NCBI GenBank assembly: GCA_963783375.1
Contig: CAWANH010000029.1
Span: forward strand, 928,001 to 992,000
Direction: 5' to 3'
From: Candidatus Eiseniibacteriota bacterium
Lineage (GTDB): Bacteria > Eisenbacteria > RBG-16-71-46 > JABDJR01
DNA length: 64,000 nucleotides
In this document: positions 63,376 through 64,000 of the stretch, piece by piece
Position numbering within the stretch: position 1 is the stretch's first letter
How the letters are laid out: every line of letters begins with the position of its first letter
Program-made: the position numbers and the translations under genes
The notes under the pieces: model-generated
Told to the model about the DNA's origin: nothing
Seen by the model: only the letters and a program-made list of their open reading frames with translations
Databases searched by the model: none

Positions 63376-64000
63376 GGCGCGCCCCGCTCGCCGCGGCCGC
63401 CCTGCTCCTGGCCGCTCTCCTCGGTCCGCCCGTCGAGGCCGCCGACGGCTGGAGCGCGCGGGTGGACGCCAACCGGGCCGACGCCGATTCCCTGTTCGCG
63501 CTGGGGCGGGAAGCGGCGGCGGAGGGACACACCGGGGATGCGATCCGGGCCTACGAGGCCGCGGCGGCCGTGGATCCCGCCCGCCGGGGCGAGGCCCGGG
63601 CCGCGCTGGCCTACCAGTACGCCTGGGCGGGGCGGCTGGGAGCGGCCCGAGACGCCTTCGCCGACGCGCTCCAACGACAACCTGGCGACTACGATCTTCG
63701 GATGGGCGCGCTCCTGGTCCGGAACTGGATGGGCGATCACCTGACCGCCTCCCGCGGGTACGCGGAGCTGGCCGCGGAGTTCCCCGGCCGGCCGGGGCCG
63801 CGGACCGGCCGGGCCAAGGCGTATCAATACCTGGGACGCCGGGATCTCGCGCTGGCCGAGACGCGCGCGGCGCTTCGCCTGGACCCCGGCGATCGCGATG
63901 CCCGAGCCCTCGACGCCGGTCTCCGCCGCGGGCTCCGCCCCACCGCCGGCGTCTACTACGACGGCTCCGAGGACTCGGATCACTACCGGGTCAATTCCGG
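63372..64000 (+). CDS. Exported TPR protein (partial, runs off window)
   Basis: ATGA overlap; manual translation MRRAPLAAAALLLAALL..., AIRAYEAA, LAYQYAWAG.LE.A, TPR helices. Confidence 0.75.
   Translation, partial: MRRAPLAAAALLLAALLGPPVEAADGWSARVDANRADADSLFALGREAAAEGHTGDAIRAYEAAAAVDPARRGEARAALAYQYAWAGRLGAARDAFADALQRQPGDYDLRMGALLVRNWMGDHLTASRGYAELAAEFPGRPGPRTGRAKAYQYLGRRDLALAETRAALRLDPGDRDARALDAGLRRGLRPTAGVYYDGSEDSDHYRVNS

Overview
GC-rich bacterial chromosomal window of mostly housekeeping and accessory genes, with no CRISPR array, integrase or transposase seen. A FlgD/T9SS-like C-terminal domain, many Hanks-type kinases and sigma54 promoters suggest an FCB-group lineage such as Eisenbacteria, Latescibacterota or Krumholzibacteriota (inference only). 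Left part: aspartokinase 5' half, type IV pilin, tRNA-Glu, an unassigned ~200-nt structured RNA, lexA with an upstream orphan gene, ABC-F, PAS kinase, two M1 aminopeptidases, nfi, pip, dodecin, CLC, MFS and asnS. Middle: Ser/Thr kinase genes, a patchwork of kinase fragments next to tRNA-Leu with a duplicated tRNA 3' end, an RRM protein and a TA-like pair. Right part: GH15-HAD-zwf-opcA-pgl operon, AlaX-PTPS-folE-SDR operon, HIT, sigma54-driven prkA-yeaH-spoVR, a GT-C glycosyltransferase and a TPR protein. Top candidate for an undescribed system: three unrelated secreted proteins share the C-terminal tail P-[TV]-x3-T-[WF]-[GS]-x-[VIL]-K-x2-[YF], a likely protein-sorting signal. Other leads are the orphan ncRNA, a kinase-ATPase-TPR gene facing a sigma54-driven small lipopeptide, a lexA-coupled protein with a clamp-binding motif, and an AT-rich codon patch inside zwf. 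Several single-base frameshifts, mostly in homopolymers, look like sequencing errors.
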